From Granulicella sp. (lineage in GTDB: Bacteria > Acidobacteriota > Terriglobia > Terriglobales > Acidobacteriaceae), in assembly GCA_027339965.1 (NCBI GenBank), contig DAHWNL010000036.1:1-64000 (forward strand): 64,000 nucleotides of DNA, given 5' to 3'. Positions 37,465-47,328 of the stretch are shown here, in pieces. A program made the translations under genes and the position numbers. The notes below the pieces were generated by a model, which ran no database searches, was not told where the DNA came from, and was given only the letters and a program-made list of their open reading frames with translations. Each line of letters starts with the position of its first letter. Position 1 is the first letter of the stretch.

Positions 37465-40400
37465 TCACTGCTGCTGGAAGCTTCCTTGCCACCGTCCATT
37501 GCCTTCAAATACGAATCCGGCCCACTCATAAGGAGCGCGCAGAGCCGGGTCAGCCATCAGTTTGAGTTGCGCGGACCGGAGCGCGGCCGGCACGCTCAGA
37601 TTCTGATCGACAAGCCCATGATAAAGGATGGGAACGAGCCGGCCGGCAGCCTGATCATCGACATCCCACAGGCTGCCAAGCACGCCGGATGCACCGGAGG
37701 CGAGGAACGCCTGAGCGAAGCCGGTGATGCCTTCGCCGGGGATGTTTCTGCCTGCGGCGGTGCGGCAGCCGTCAATGATGACCAGAGGCACGGGAAAGGA
37801 GGTGCGATAGATGTCATGCAGCCAGAGGATGCCATCTTCCAGCTTTCCCTGGCGGTTCACCGTGGAGAGAACGATGCCGGAGAGCTCCGGCTGGCTGATG
37901 TTGACGATGGCATGGGTGGCAAAGTGCAGAATGGCGAATTGGCCCCACGAGGACTGCATGACCTGCTTGGGCGTCGCCTGGAAGCCAAGGTAGAGATGCA
38001 CGCGGTCCGGCCCGGCGATCCGCTGGATGGCCCGAGCCTCCTTTTCTGAGCCCGGGAGCCGAGGCAGATCGGCGGCGTCGAAACCATCCGCGGTCCGCAG
38101 GAGCGGAGCGCCTTTTACAGGCTTCAGCGCAGCCGCATGAACCGCAGGAGATGTGGGGAAGCGAGGGTCGTCGTGGCTGTAGACTGGGTCGGCAAAGATG
38201 GCGATCTGATTGACGTGGGCGCGCGGAGGACGCTGGTGAAGAGCCAGCGCGATGGCTGCGGAAGGCTCGACGTCCAGCTCATAGCGTTGGATCAGCCAGC
38301 GGCCCTGGCGGTTCCGCAGGGCGGCGAAGGGAAGCGAGTCGAGCGGACCGTCGGGAATGAGGATCAGGCGATCCATTGAAGCAGCCAGCGGCGGAAGCAG
38401 GGCCTGGCCCAGGTGCTGCGCCAGCTGTGCGGCTTCGCGGTCTGCCTGCGCGATCCGCGCCTCGCGCCCGGCAAAGTCTTCGCCGGCGGGATGGTCTTCA
38501 CGCGCCAGAAGCAGGCGCTTGAACGCATCCATCTGGCGGAGCAGGTCTGCGGATTTGGGCAATTGGCAGGCGGTCAGCCCGGAGGAGGTAAACGTCCAGC
38601 GAAAGATGGCGCGCCGGCCGACCCAGTACTCCACCAGCGCCGTATGGCCGTCGAGGAGATCGTGTTCAATCGCGGCAGGCGAAGGGGGGCGCAGGTCGCC
38701 CGGGTTGAACGATGCTCCTTCGCGGCCGGCGGCTGCCATCTGGTCGCTTTCAAAGACCAGGGAGCGAAGGCGAACCTCAGCCTGGCGCAAGGCCGGATCG
38801 TTCACAGTTCGAGCCTGCGCGCCAAGGCGAAAGACGTCCTTTTCGGCCTGCGTCACGGCTTGCTCGACGGCTGCCCTCTTCTCGATCGCCGCGGCGGGCA
38901 GCGGCTGCGACGAGAGCCGACTGGAGCTGCGAATGGCGTCCATCAAACTCTGGGCGCGTGCGCGCTCAGCGATCTTCCATGCCTGGGCTGGGTTCTCGTC
39001 CTTATTCTCAGCGGCGAGCGCGGGATTCATGAGCATGCGGACGGCAAGATCAAACGAATCATGGCGCGCGGCATAGAAGCTCTGGCTGAGATCGGAGCTG
39101 CCGATGTGCCGGCGCGCGGTCTCGAAGCCGTCGAGCGCCCGCAGGATATCGCTGAGTGCGGCGGCGCTCCGGCCCTGGCGAAGTTCCACCCGAGCGATGT
39201 CGGCCAACGTCAGAGACGCATCCTCGCTGTCGAACATCATCGACCACTCCGATTCGGCCTGGCGGTAAGCAGCCAGGGCCTGCGTCTGCTGTCGGTTCTG
39301 CGCCAGCAGATCGCCTGCGGACTCGAGCAGCAGCGCGTGGGTCGCCGCTTCTTTGCCGGCAGCTGCCAGGGCAATGGCCTGCTGAAGCTCCGCCAGGGCG
39401 GCTGCGCGGCGGCCCCGCGCGGCCAGCAGCTCGGCTTCGCCAAGTTCTGCCATGCAAAGCTCGCGATGGAGCTGTTTGGACCGCGCCAGGGAAAGGGACT
39501 CATCCAGATGGCGCGCCGCCTGAGCCAGGCGATGCTGCCGGACATCGAGGATGGCAAGCGAGGAGAGCCCGCTGCTGATGTTGGCTGCGTCATGCGCCTG
39601 ACGCAGCAGGGTGAGTCCCGCATGGATGGCGGCACGCTGGTGCTCCGCGTCGCCGAGGTTCCCATAGATCTCCCCTTGGTTCAGCCAGATCTGTCCGATG
39701 TCGTCGGCGTTGGGGGCTTTGGCAAGCGCGGCGATTGCCGCCCGGTTGGCGTCGATCGCCGACTGATACTCGCCGCGCAGGGCATGGATGCCGGCCAGCG
39801 TCGTCATGGTGAAGGCGATACCGTTGAAGTCCTGAAGCTTTTGCGCAATCGCCAGGCCCTGTTGGGCCGCAGCCTGGGCGTGAGTGGTGTCGCCCATCTC
39901 GAGATAGTCATTGGCGAGATTGCCTTCGAGGATTCCTTGCCAGTACAGATCTCCCAAGCGCTGATAGAGCGCCAGCGAGCGGTTACCCGCGGCGATGCCC
40001 TGGACATAGTGCGCCAGGAAGGACTCCGTGGAAGAGAGATTCTTCCAGGCATGAGCCGCAATCGCCATCGCCGCGCCCGGCGTTGCCAGGTCAGAGCCGG
40101 CGATCAAGCCGGTGCCGCGCAGTGCGCAGCCCAGCCCCTGCGTGTAGTCGCCCAGATCATAGACGTAGAAGCGCGACTTGCCGATCCATGCCTGCTCCTG
40201 CAGAAGACGGTTGGTCGTCTTCTGCGCCAGCAAGATGGTCTGGTCGTAAAGCTGTAGCGCGGAGGGATTGCCGCCGGTCTGCCGAGCCCGGCGCAGCGCT
40301 TCCGCCTGTGCAAAGGCCGCAGAAGCGGCGAATACCTGCTGATCTTCCGGTTCCGCGGCGCGCGGCTGGGTCATCTCTATGGATAGCCGCACGGGAAGGT

Positions 40401-40830
40401 AGTGGTCTCGCGAGTGCAGACGAAGGCGCAGGACTCCTTGAGGTCCGCCCTGAACCGGAATCTTGATGACGGAGCGCACACCTGCATCCGAGGCAAACTG
40501 CAACGCTGGAGTTGCGCCCTCCATGGAGGCCGAGACCATCCCTTGCAACTGCTCGATCTCAAGGTACGCGAACCTGGACGGGGGGATGGAGACCGGCACC
40601 AGACGGTCTCCGCCGGGCGGCAGAAGGACACAGAGCGATTGTTGCGGCGTGAGCCAGCCAGGCTGCGGCGAGGAGCCTGACTGAGAGGTGGCCACGCCGG
40701 CCGCAGCCATGGCGAAACAGACAGCAAGCATCATTCGCCACATCACAGGTTGGATCTGCGCCTGCCGCTTGCTTGCAGTCCAGCCCATGCGTGCGCCGGC
40801 TGCAACCCACATGGCATTCACACGGATCAT
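37465..40830 (-). CDS. TPR-CHAT domain protein (caspase-like peptidase)
   Basis: Signal-peptide-like N-terminus, long TPR array, ERARAQSL, LIPDGPL..LPFAAL, LHFATHA (His), IDGCRT (Cys), SLWDVDD, PYEWAGF; start uncertain. Confidence 0.92.
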   Translation of the reverse strand: MIRVNAMWVAAGARMGWTASKRQAQIQPVMWRMMLAVCFAMAAAGVATSQSGSSPQPGWLTPQQSLCVLLPPGGDRLVPVSIPPSRFAYLEIEQLQGMVSASMEGATPALQFASDAGVRSVIKIPVQGGPQGVLRLRLHSRDHYLPVRLSIEMTQPRAAEPEDQQVFAASAAFAQAEALRRARQTGGNPSALQLYDQTILLAQKTTNRLLQEQAWIGKSRFYVYDLGDYTQGLGCALRGTGLIAGSDLATPGAAMAIAAHAWKNLSSTESFLAHYVQGIAAGNRSLALYQRLGDLYWQGILEGNLANDYLEMGDTTHAQAAAQQGLAIAQKLQDFNGIAFTMTTLAGIHALRGEYQSAIDANRAAIAALAKAPNADDIGQIWLNQGEIYGNLGDAEHQRAAIHAGLTLLRQAHDAANISSGLSSLAILDVRQHRLAQAARHLDESLSLARSKQLHRELCMAELGEAELLAARGRRAAALAELQQAIALAAAGKEAATHALLLESAGDLLAQNRQQTQALAAYRQAESEWSMMFDSEDASLTLADIARVELRQGRSAAALSDILRALDGFETARRHIGSSDLSQSFYAARHDSFDLAVRMLMNPALAAENKDENPAQAWKIAERARAQSLMDAIRSSSRLSSQPLPAAAIEKRAAVEQAVTQAEKDVFRLGAQARTVNDPALRQAEVRLRSLVFESDQMAAAGREGASFNPGDLRPPSPAAIEHDLLDGHTALVEYWVGRRAIFRWTFTSSGLTACQLPKSADLLRQMDAFKRLLLAREDHPAGEDFAGREARIAQADREAAQLAQHLGQALLPPLAASMDRLILIPDGPLDSLPFAALRNRQGRWLIQRYELDVEPSAAIALALHQRPPRAHVNQIAIFADPVYSHDDPRFPTSPAVHAAALKPVKGAPLLRTADGFDAADLPRLPGSEKEARAIQRIAGPDRVHLYLGFQATPKQVMQSSWGQFAILHFATHAIVNISQPELSGIVLSTVNRQGKLEDGILWLHDIYRTSFPVPLVIIDGCRTAAGRNIPGEGITGFAQAFLASGASGVLGSLWDVDDQAAGRLVPILYHGLVDQNLSVPAALRSAQLKLMADPALRAPYEWAGFVFEGNGRWQGSFQQQ

Positions 40831-41052
40831 CGTTCTGGATCTATTTTGCGGTTCGACAAAGAGTGAAGAGAATGGAACCTCATCCTCTCCGGTCTTCGTT
40901 TGCGCCGCTGAAGCGTAACCAGAATAGCCGAGTTGGAGACAAGCGGTGATCGGGCAGAGGGAGGTTGTGAGTTCCTTCCGGCGATACGCGCCCTGCGCCA
41001 GGCTGATTCCGCCGTCGGGCGGGTTGAAGAGGATGTGAATGCGACGAGGGTC

Positions 41053-41709
41053 TTAGCCCGCGGCCTGATCCCGGAACGGACGCACAATCTCAAGGTACTT
41101 CTGTGCTGTAGCGGTGATGACCTCTGCGCGGCCTTCGGCCAGGGCCTTGGCGTCCACCAGATCCGAACCTACCCCCAGAGCAAACGCTCCGGCCCGCAGG
41201 AACTCTGCGGCCGTAGCCAGCGAGACGCCGCCAGTGGGAATCATTGGGATCTGGGGCAACGGGCCTTTGAGGGAAGCAAGGTACTTTGCCCCGCCCAGCG
41301 CCCCCGCAGGAAAGACCTTGACCACATCGGCGCCGGCCTCCCAGGCCGTGACGATTTCAGTGGGCGTAAGGGCTCCGGGAAGCACGGCGACCGAGTAGCG
41401 GCGGCATAGCTCAATGGTCTTCAGGCTCAGGGCCGGGCTGACGATAAACTGCGCTCCCTCCAGCATGCAGGCGCGCGCGGTCTCGGCATCCAGCACGGTT
41501 CCGGCGCCCACCAGGATCTCGGGGCGATCCTTCACCAGCCGCCGGATCACCTCCATGGCTCCGGGCACGGTCATGGTGACTTCCAGCACCTTGACCCCGC
41601 CCGCGGAGATCGCCTGGGCCAGCGCCAGAGCCCTCTCTACGGAGTCCGCGCGCATCACCGGGACCAGCCCGGACTCTTCCAGCCTCTTCAGCACCGCACT
41701 CTTCTCCAT
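41053..41709 (-). CDS. eda: KDPG/KHG aldolase
   Basis: LEVT, GAGTV, FIVSP, TPTE, VKVFP, PTGGV. Confidence 0.95.
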   Translation of the reverse strand: MEKSAVLKRLEESGLVPVMRADSVERALALAQAISAGGVKVLEVTMTVPGAMEVIRRLVKDRPEILVGAGTVLDAETARACMLEGAQFIVSPALSLKTIELCRRYSVAVLPGALTPTEIVTAWEAGADVVKVFPAGALGGAKYLASLKGPLPQIPMIPTGGVSLATAAEFLRAGAFALGVGSDLVDAKALAEGRAEVITATAQKYLEIVRPFRDQAAG

Positions 41710-41823
41710 GGCTCGCCCTGGATCTCCTTTGCCATAAAGCTATCACTGTCGCGACTCAGGTCCGGCTTGGAGAGCGGCATACCTGATACTCTTCGGCCAG
41801 AGACCATTGGGAGGAACTCGAGA

Positions 41824-42495
41824 TTGGGCGGCCTGATCCCCTTGGGAGATGCGTCAAGACCGCGGTTGCGCTTTCCCTACGCGACCGTGTCGATCATCGC
41901 CCTGAACGTCTATGTTTTTTTCCATGAGCTGCAGGGTGGGGATGCCTTCGTGCTCCAGTGGGCTGCGATTCCCGCTGTGATCCTCTCTGGCCAGAATCTG
42001 ATTACGCTGCTCACTTCCATGTTTCTGCATGGAAGCTGGTCGCACATTCTAGGCAACATGATCTTTCTGTGGGCGTTCGGTCCGGCGATGGAAGACGCCA
42101 TGAACCCGGTTTCGTATACGATGTTTTACCTGCTGGGAGGTCTGGCCGCGATGCTGGCGCAGATGGCCGCTTCGCCGGGGTCGCTGCTGCCCACTCTGGG
42201 GGCCAGCGGAGCCATTGCGACGGTGATGGGAGGGTTTCTGGTTACCTATCCGCGCGATCGCATCCGCGCCCTGTTCTTCTTCTTTTTCTTCATTCGCATC
42301 ACCTTCATCCCGGCGATCCTGCTCATCGGTTTCTGGTTTTTCATGCAGTTGCTCAACGTCGGGTCAGTGGCTTCCGTACAAACCGGCGGCGTGGCCTACG
42401 TGGCTCATGTGGCCGGCTTCCTCTTCGGTGTGCTTTTCACGCCGCTGTTCCGCCGCCAGCGCTACCAGCCTCCCCCGGCCTGGCCGCGCTACTGA
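41824..42495 (+). CDS. rhomboid intramembrane serine protease
   Basis: IPLGD, TSMFLHG..H..GNM, GASGA, AHVAG; TTG start after GGGAGG. Confidence 0.9.
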   Translation: MGGLIPLGDASRPRLRFPYATVSIIALNVYVFFHELQGGDAFVLQWAAIPAVILSGQNLITLLTSMFLHGSWSHILGNMIFLWAFGPAMEDAMNPVSYTMFYLLGGLAAMLAQMAASPGSLLPTLGASGAIATVMGGFLVTYPRDRIRALFFFFFFIRITFIPAILLIGFWFFMQLLNVGSVASVQTGGVAYVAHVAGFLFGVLFTPLFRRQRYQPPPAWPRY

Positions 42496-42620
42496 CCACC
42501 AGAAGAGCGGTCTTGCCCGCTGACAGGGAACTGGAGCAGTCGTGCCGAGGGTGTCAGTTCTTCGCGCGGCGACTTTCTGACTTCCTCCACCCGCTGCACC
42601 TTGAAGTCGGGGGCGTCATG

Positions 42621-43103
42621 TCAGCACCCCCTGGAAATGGCGTCATGGACGCGATCCACATCTTCATCCGTCTCTGCGCGAGCCTTCAACGCCTGGTTCA
42701 TTGCATGAAAACCCGCTTTCGTTGCTGCTTCCATGCTGGATAGGAATATGCCCACCAGAATGCCCGAGAATTGCTCTCCCTGGGTGAACCGTGTGTACCC
42801 ATTGCTGAGCGCTGCGAGCTGAAAGTAGTGCTCACCGTCAAAGAGACCTGGGAACACCAAGTGACCCAGCCAGCGTAGTTCTTGTTGATTGGCTGCTTTC
42901 AGCACTCTCGGTTGGAAGGTCATGGCCTTGCGCTCTTGGGGGTGAATGGTCGCACGCAGCTTTTCCCCCGGTTTTGCAACTCCGGAAAGGGAGCAAATGA
43001 ATGGGTTCCATCGCGGATAGGCGGGGAAATCCATGAGGATCGACCACACCCGCTCCGGTGGAGACGCAATATCAATCTCAGTCAGGATCTGATGCATGGC
43101 CAT
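42621..43103 (-). CDS. SRPBCC / polyketide cyclase-like protein
   Basis: TEIDIASPPERVW..L.DF..YP.WNPF, LFDGEH, MNQALK. Confidence 0.88.
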   Translation of the reverse strand: MAMHQILTEIDIASPPERVWSILMDFPAYPRWNPFICSLSGVAKPGEKLRATIHPQERKAMTFQPRVLKAANQQELRWLGHLVFPGLFDGEHYFQLAALSNGYTRFTQGEQFSGILVGIFLSSMEAATKAGFHAMNQALKARAETDEDVDRVHDAISRGC

Positions 43104-43320
43104 CCTTCGTCACAGAGCCCTTCGGATACGCCTGCCGTCCCTGCCTCGGTGACGTCCCAAACATGCTCGCGCCTGCACTTGCTTGCAGAGTGATGCGTCA
43201 TCCTCGGCTTCCACGAGATGCTCCGAGCACAGGGCAACAACAAAATGCGCTCTTCTATAAAGATCACGGACACGGAATCAGGCTCCAAAAGCCACACTTA
43301 AATTCGGATACCCAAAGTCT

Positions 43321-43782
43321 TTAGCGTTGATAGCGCGCCATCCAATCGGCCTGCTGGATCACATGGCCCTTCATGGCGCGGTCCAGCTCCGCGCGCGCGG
43401 CACCCGGCTTCAGATCCAGCTTGCAGTTCAGCGCATAGAGGCGGAAGAAGTAGCGGTGCGGCTTTCCCGGCGGTGGACAAGGTCCGCTGTAACCGATTCG
43501 CTGGAAGTCGTTCCGTCCCTGGCGAGCGCCGTTGCTGAACTCTGCCGCTTTCGCCACGTCCTTGGGCAGGCCTGCGGCCTTGCGCGGGATGTTCCAGATC
43601 AACCAGTGGGTCCAGGTTCCTCCGGGCGCGTCGGGGTCGTCCAGGATCAGCGCAAAGCTGATGGTTGCCGGAGGAGCATCGGTCCAGCGCAGCGCCGGTG
43701 AGGTGTCGCTGCCTTGGCAACTGAACTCACGCGGAATCTTGCCTCCGGCTGCAATGCCCAGCGCTCGCACAGCAAATCCCAT
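43321..43782 (-). CDS. YbhB/YbcL (PEBP) family protein
   Basis: SPALRW, DDPDAP, HW, GPCPPPG..HRYFF. Confidence 0.92.
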   Translation of the reverse strand: MGFAVRALGIAAGGKIPREFSCQGSDTSPALRWTDAPPATISFALILDDPDAPGGTWTHWLIWNIPRKAAGLPKDVAKAAEFSNGARQGRNDFQRIGYSGPCPPPGKPHRYFFRLYALNCKLDLKPGAARAELDRAMKGHVIQQADWMARYQR

Positions 43783-43902
43783 GGCGAACCTCCCTATGCG
43801 CTTCGACGCCGGAGCTGAACTCGTCGGCGATGGAGTCTCCGAGTGAGGGGGCACGAGGGAAAGGGTCGAGCCTGCCTCCGTTGGAACGAGCGGATTCCCC
43901 CG

Positions 43903-45225
43903 CTATCCTAATCCAAATCTTGACTGGATCTGTTCCAGAGAGCGCTGTTTGGTCTCCGGGTAAACCAACAGCACTACTAGGAACTGGAGCGCCATCATCA
44001 GCGCGAAGAACACAAACGGCAGGGCGTGACTCCGGGATGCGATATAAGGAAAGACTCCCGCCAGCAGAGCATTCATGATCCAGTGCGACGAAGAGCCGAC
44101 GCTCTGTCCTTTGGAGCGGACCCGGGAGGGGAAGACCTCTGAGATGTACACCCAGATGACGGATCCCTGAGAGATGGAAAAGAAGAAGATAAAGAGCATG
44201 AAGCAGCCCATCAGCAGCCTCTGGTGCGTCTGCGTGAAGAAGACCCAGGAGACTCCGGAGAGCGCCACAACCATGCCGGCAGACCCAATCAGCATCAAAG
44301 ACTTTCGCCCCAGCTTGTCGATCAGGCTCATGCCGAAGAGAGTACCCAACAGGTTCATCAGCCCAACTCCCACGGTCTGCAGCGCCGCCGAGTTTGAGCT
44401 GAATCCCGCCGAGGCGAAGATCGAGTTGGAGTAATAGAGCAGCGCATTGATGCCGGAGAGCTGATTGAACATCCCGATGCTGACGGCTAGAAACAGGGGC
44501 AAGGCATATTTGCGCTGAAACAGAGGTTCCGGCTTGACGCCACGCTCCAGGTGGACGGAAGCGACAATCTCCTGAAGTTCAGCTGCACAGTCAGGCGAAC
44601 CCATCAGACGCAGGACCTCCAGCGCTTCATCGGTCTGGTTGGTGGTCACCAGCCAGCGTGAGCTGCGTGGAATGCCATAGAGCATCCACAGAAAGAGTGC
44701 GGAAGGAACGATGGCCACGCCGAACTGCCAGCGCCACTGAGCCGTGCCGAGATTTTGCAGCACCAGGATGTAGTTGGAGAGGTAAGCCAGCAGAACGCCA
44801 ACGACGATATTGATCTGAAACAGGCCTACCAGCCGACCGCGCCACTTGGGCGGCGCCAGCTCCGCTATATAGACCGGGCCCAGGACGCTGGAGCCGCCGA
44901 TGCCCCACCCTCCGATGAAGCGCGCCACCATCAGAGCATTCCAGCTCCAGGCGAAGGCGCATCCCAGCGCAGAGATCAGATAGAGGGAGGCCATGATCCG
45001 CAGCGCTTCCCGGCCGCCGATCTTTTGTCCCAGAACACCGGATGTCATCGCTCCGAGGATGGTGCCCGCTAGCCCGATGGAGACGGTAAGCCCGAGGGTC
45101 CATGGGGTAAGGTGGAAGATCTGGCTCAACTGCTGGGTGGTCCCGGCGATGACCGCGGTATCAAAGCCGAAGAGCAAGCCGCCCAACGCTCCCACCATGG
45201 TGGCCTTGAAGAGGTATCGATTCAA
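43903..45225 (-). CDS. sugar porter family MFS transporter
   Basis: GGLLFGFDTAVI, YIAE, QLSGINA, DKLGRK, PETK; TTG start after AGGAG. Confidence 0.93.
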   Translation of the reverse strand: MNRYLFKATMVGALGGLLFGFDTAVIAGTTQQLSQIFHLTPWTLGLTVSIGLAGTILGAMTSGVLGQKIGGREALRIMASLYLISALGCAFAWSWNALMVARFIGGWGIGGSSVLGPVYIAELAPPKWRGRLVGLFQINIVVGVLLAYLSNYILVLQNLGTAQWRWQFGVAIVPSALFLWMLYGIPRSSRWLVTTNQTDEALEVLRLMGSPDCAAELQEIVASVHLERGVKPEPLFQRKYALPLFLAVSIGMFNQLSGINALLYYSNSIFASAGFSSNSAALQTVGVGLMNLLGTLFGMSLIDKLGRKSLMLIGSAGMVVALSGVSWVFFTQTHQRLLMGCFMLFIFFFSISQGSVIWVYISEVFPSRVRSKGQSVGSSSHWIMNALLAGVFPYIASRSHALPFVFFALMMALQFLVVLLVYPETKQRSLEQIQSRFGLG

Positions 45226-45533
45226 ATCAGCTCTCCTGCGAGAAGGATGAGTTTGGCAGACGCGGTGGTGGCAATTTCGGGTATTGTCCCTACAGGCATC
45301 ACCTTGACGCCTGGATATCCATCGGCGTCTTGCCTGTCTTCGCACTCCCCCGCAGGTCAGCCGGACGGGGTGGAATGCGGAAGCCATGGCGCGGCCTTCC
45401 CGGGGTAATCACCAACTCTGATGATATCGTCTGTCCGGACTGGAGATCCTCCCCGCCCCGGCAAGTTTCAACTGAAGATGGGTCAAGCCTGGCGGAGGAG
45501 GATCTCCGGCGCCGCGATCCAGGGATCCGATCT

Positions 45534-46214
45534 TCATCGGGCCGGAAGATGCCTGAGCGGGGTCACATAAAGCAGGATGGCTAGATAGTGCGCAATGCTG
45601 CCCGCCAGGACAAAGAGATGCCATACGGCATGGAAGTAGCGCAGGCGATCCATGGCAAAGAACGCGATGCCGGCAGTGTAGGCGACTCCGCCGGCGATCA
45701 CCCAGAGCATTCCACCCCAGCCGATGGCGAGCAGCAGGGGGTGCAGGACCAGGACAGCCAGCCAGCCCTGCAGCAGGTACAACAGGGCGGAGCCGACCGG
45801 AAAACGTCCCAACGCGAGGCTTTTGAAGACGACTCCCGCGGCCGCCAGCGCCCACTCCACGCCGAACAGGATCCAGGCCAACCGCCCGCGCATGGCGACC
45901 AGGAGGAAAGGAGTGTAGGTGCCGGCGATCAGCAGGTAGATGGCAGAGTGATCCAGCACCTGGAAGACGCGCCTGGCACGGGTGGCCACCAGTGAGTGAT
46001 AGAGCGTGGAGCAGAGATAGATGAGCACCAGGGTTCCGGCGTACACCGAGCAACTGACAACGCACCTTGGTCCTGTTCCCATCGAGGCCTTGATCAGGTA
46101 CGCTGTTCCCGCCACGGCCAGCAGCAGGCCGGCCCCATGGGTGATGGCATTGGCCAGAATCTCCCCCAGCACCAGATCAGCTCTCTTGCTCCTCATGTTC
46201 TGCCCCGCTTCCAC
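45534..46214 (-). CDS. hemolysin III / PAQR family membrane protein
   Basis: ANAITHG, STLYH, DHSAIYLLIAGTYTP, HAVWHLFV. Confidence 0.92.
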   Translation of the reverse strand: MEAGQNMRSKRADLVLGEILANAITHGAGLLLAVAGTAYLIKASMGTGPRCVVSCSVYAGTLVLIYLCSTLYHSLVATRARRVFQVLDHSAIYLLIAGTYTPFLLVAMRGRLAWILFGVEWALAAAGVVFKSLALGRFPVGSALLYLLQGWLAVLVLHPLLLAIGWGGMLWVIAGGVAYTAGIAFFAMDRLRYFHAVWHLFVLAGSIAHYLAILLYVTPLRHLPAR

Positions 46215-46256
46215 CGGCTGGATGCTCCCTTCTTATGCATGGCGTGAAGATCATCT

Positions 46257-46961
46257 TCAGGGCGCAGAGGCGAAGCAGAGGTTGCTTGCGGCGTCCAGAC
46301 GAGCCTGATGCGCCCGGGCGATGGCCTCCGCGCGCGCGTTCGACTCCGCTTCCATCTCCTGTCTCTCCTGTTGGAGAGTGGAGATGGCTTCAGGGGCAGA
46401 GATCAGCAGAAGGTTGGCGTCCACGTTCAAGAGGATGGCCCGGACGGCGGCTTGCATCAGCAGGACGCCACCAAAGATATCGGAGAGCAGATGAAGATCG
46501 CACAGATCCACCGCGGTGGCTGCGTCTTCCAGCGCGGCGCAGACCGCCCGCGCCGCGGCCAGGGGAACTCTCGTCGCTTGTAGAATGCACTCCTTCATGG
46601 CCGTGTTGCGCCGGGTCTGTTCAGCCTCCGTGCCTCGGGGAAGGGCACGAGCCTTGAGATAGCTCTGGAAGGCCTGAGCGTCGGCATCCACCAGGCGGCT
46701 GATGGAGTCCAAAGCGCTGGGGATCCTCCCGAACAAGCCGGACAAGGAGGCGTGCCTGGCCTGATCGTCTCCCGCTCGTTTGAGCGAAACGCTTACGCCC
46801 TTCTGTACCAGGGCGAGTCCCAGGGTTGCGGTGAGTAGGGAAATGGCGCCGCCGCCGGGAGTGGGGCGGAGCGATGCCGCAAGATCGCGAATCTGATGGG
46901 CGCTGAGATTCCAGAGAGATCCGGAAGATTCACCCATGGCCCGAATATGCAGGCTCGACAT
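46257..46961 (-). CDS. cyclodeaminase/cyclohydrolase (FTCD C-terminal-like) protein
   Basis: PTPGGG, VDADAQAF, LP, ATRVPL, LLSD, NVDANL. Confidence 0.82.
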   Translation of the reverse strand: MSSLHIRAMGESSGSLWNLSAHQIRDLAASLRPTPGGGAISLLTATLGLALVQKGVSVSLKRAGDDQARHASLSGLFGRIPSALDSISRLVDADAQAFQSYLKARALPRGTEAEQTRRNTAMKECILQATRVPLAAARAVCAALEDAATAVDLCDLHLLSDIFGGVLLMQAAVRAILLNVDANLLLISAPEAISTLQQERQEMEAESNARAEAIARAHQARLDAASNLCFASAP

Positions 46962-47328
46962 GGATTTGATTATGCCAGCAATTTGCATCACCCTGCCTTT
47001 TGCGTCCTTTTGAAGCCGGTGAAGACTCGCTTGCGTGGCCGCCCGTCCACTGCGATTCCCGGCGCAGCGTCTGGGCCTGCGTGCCGGCTCTACAGCGCAG
47101 ATCCCTTGGGCGCAGATCCCTTGGCTGGGTGGCTCATCGCAGACACCACAGAACGCCGGCGGAATCGCCGCAGGCAGCCCGGCTGAGCCCTGCCCGCTCT
47201 GCGCAGCGGTTTGAGAAGCCGCCCATTTCTCTCTAAGATGGACGGAAGGTTGTCTATCTCAGGCAGCGCCTGCGGCGGCAGAGGCTGCGGGGGCGAGGGC
47301 ACGGCCCGAGCGCTCGCCAGGAGCAACG

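Noticed and set aside
41824..42495. Rhomboid as site-2 protease of the CHAT-ECF system
   Set aside because: Opposite strand, separated by eda; proximity is the only evidence.
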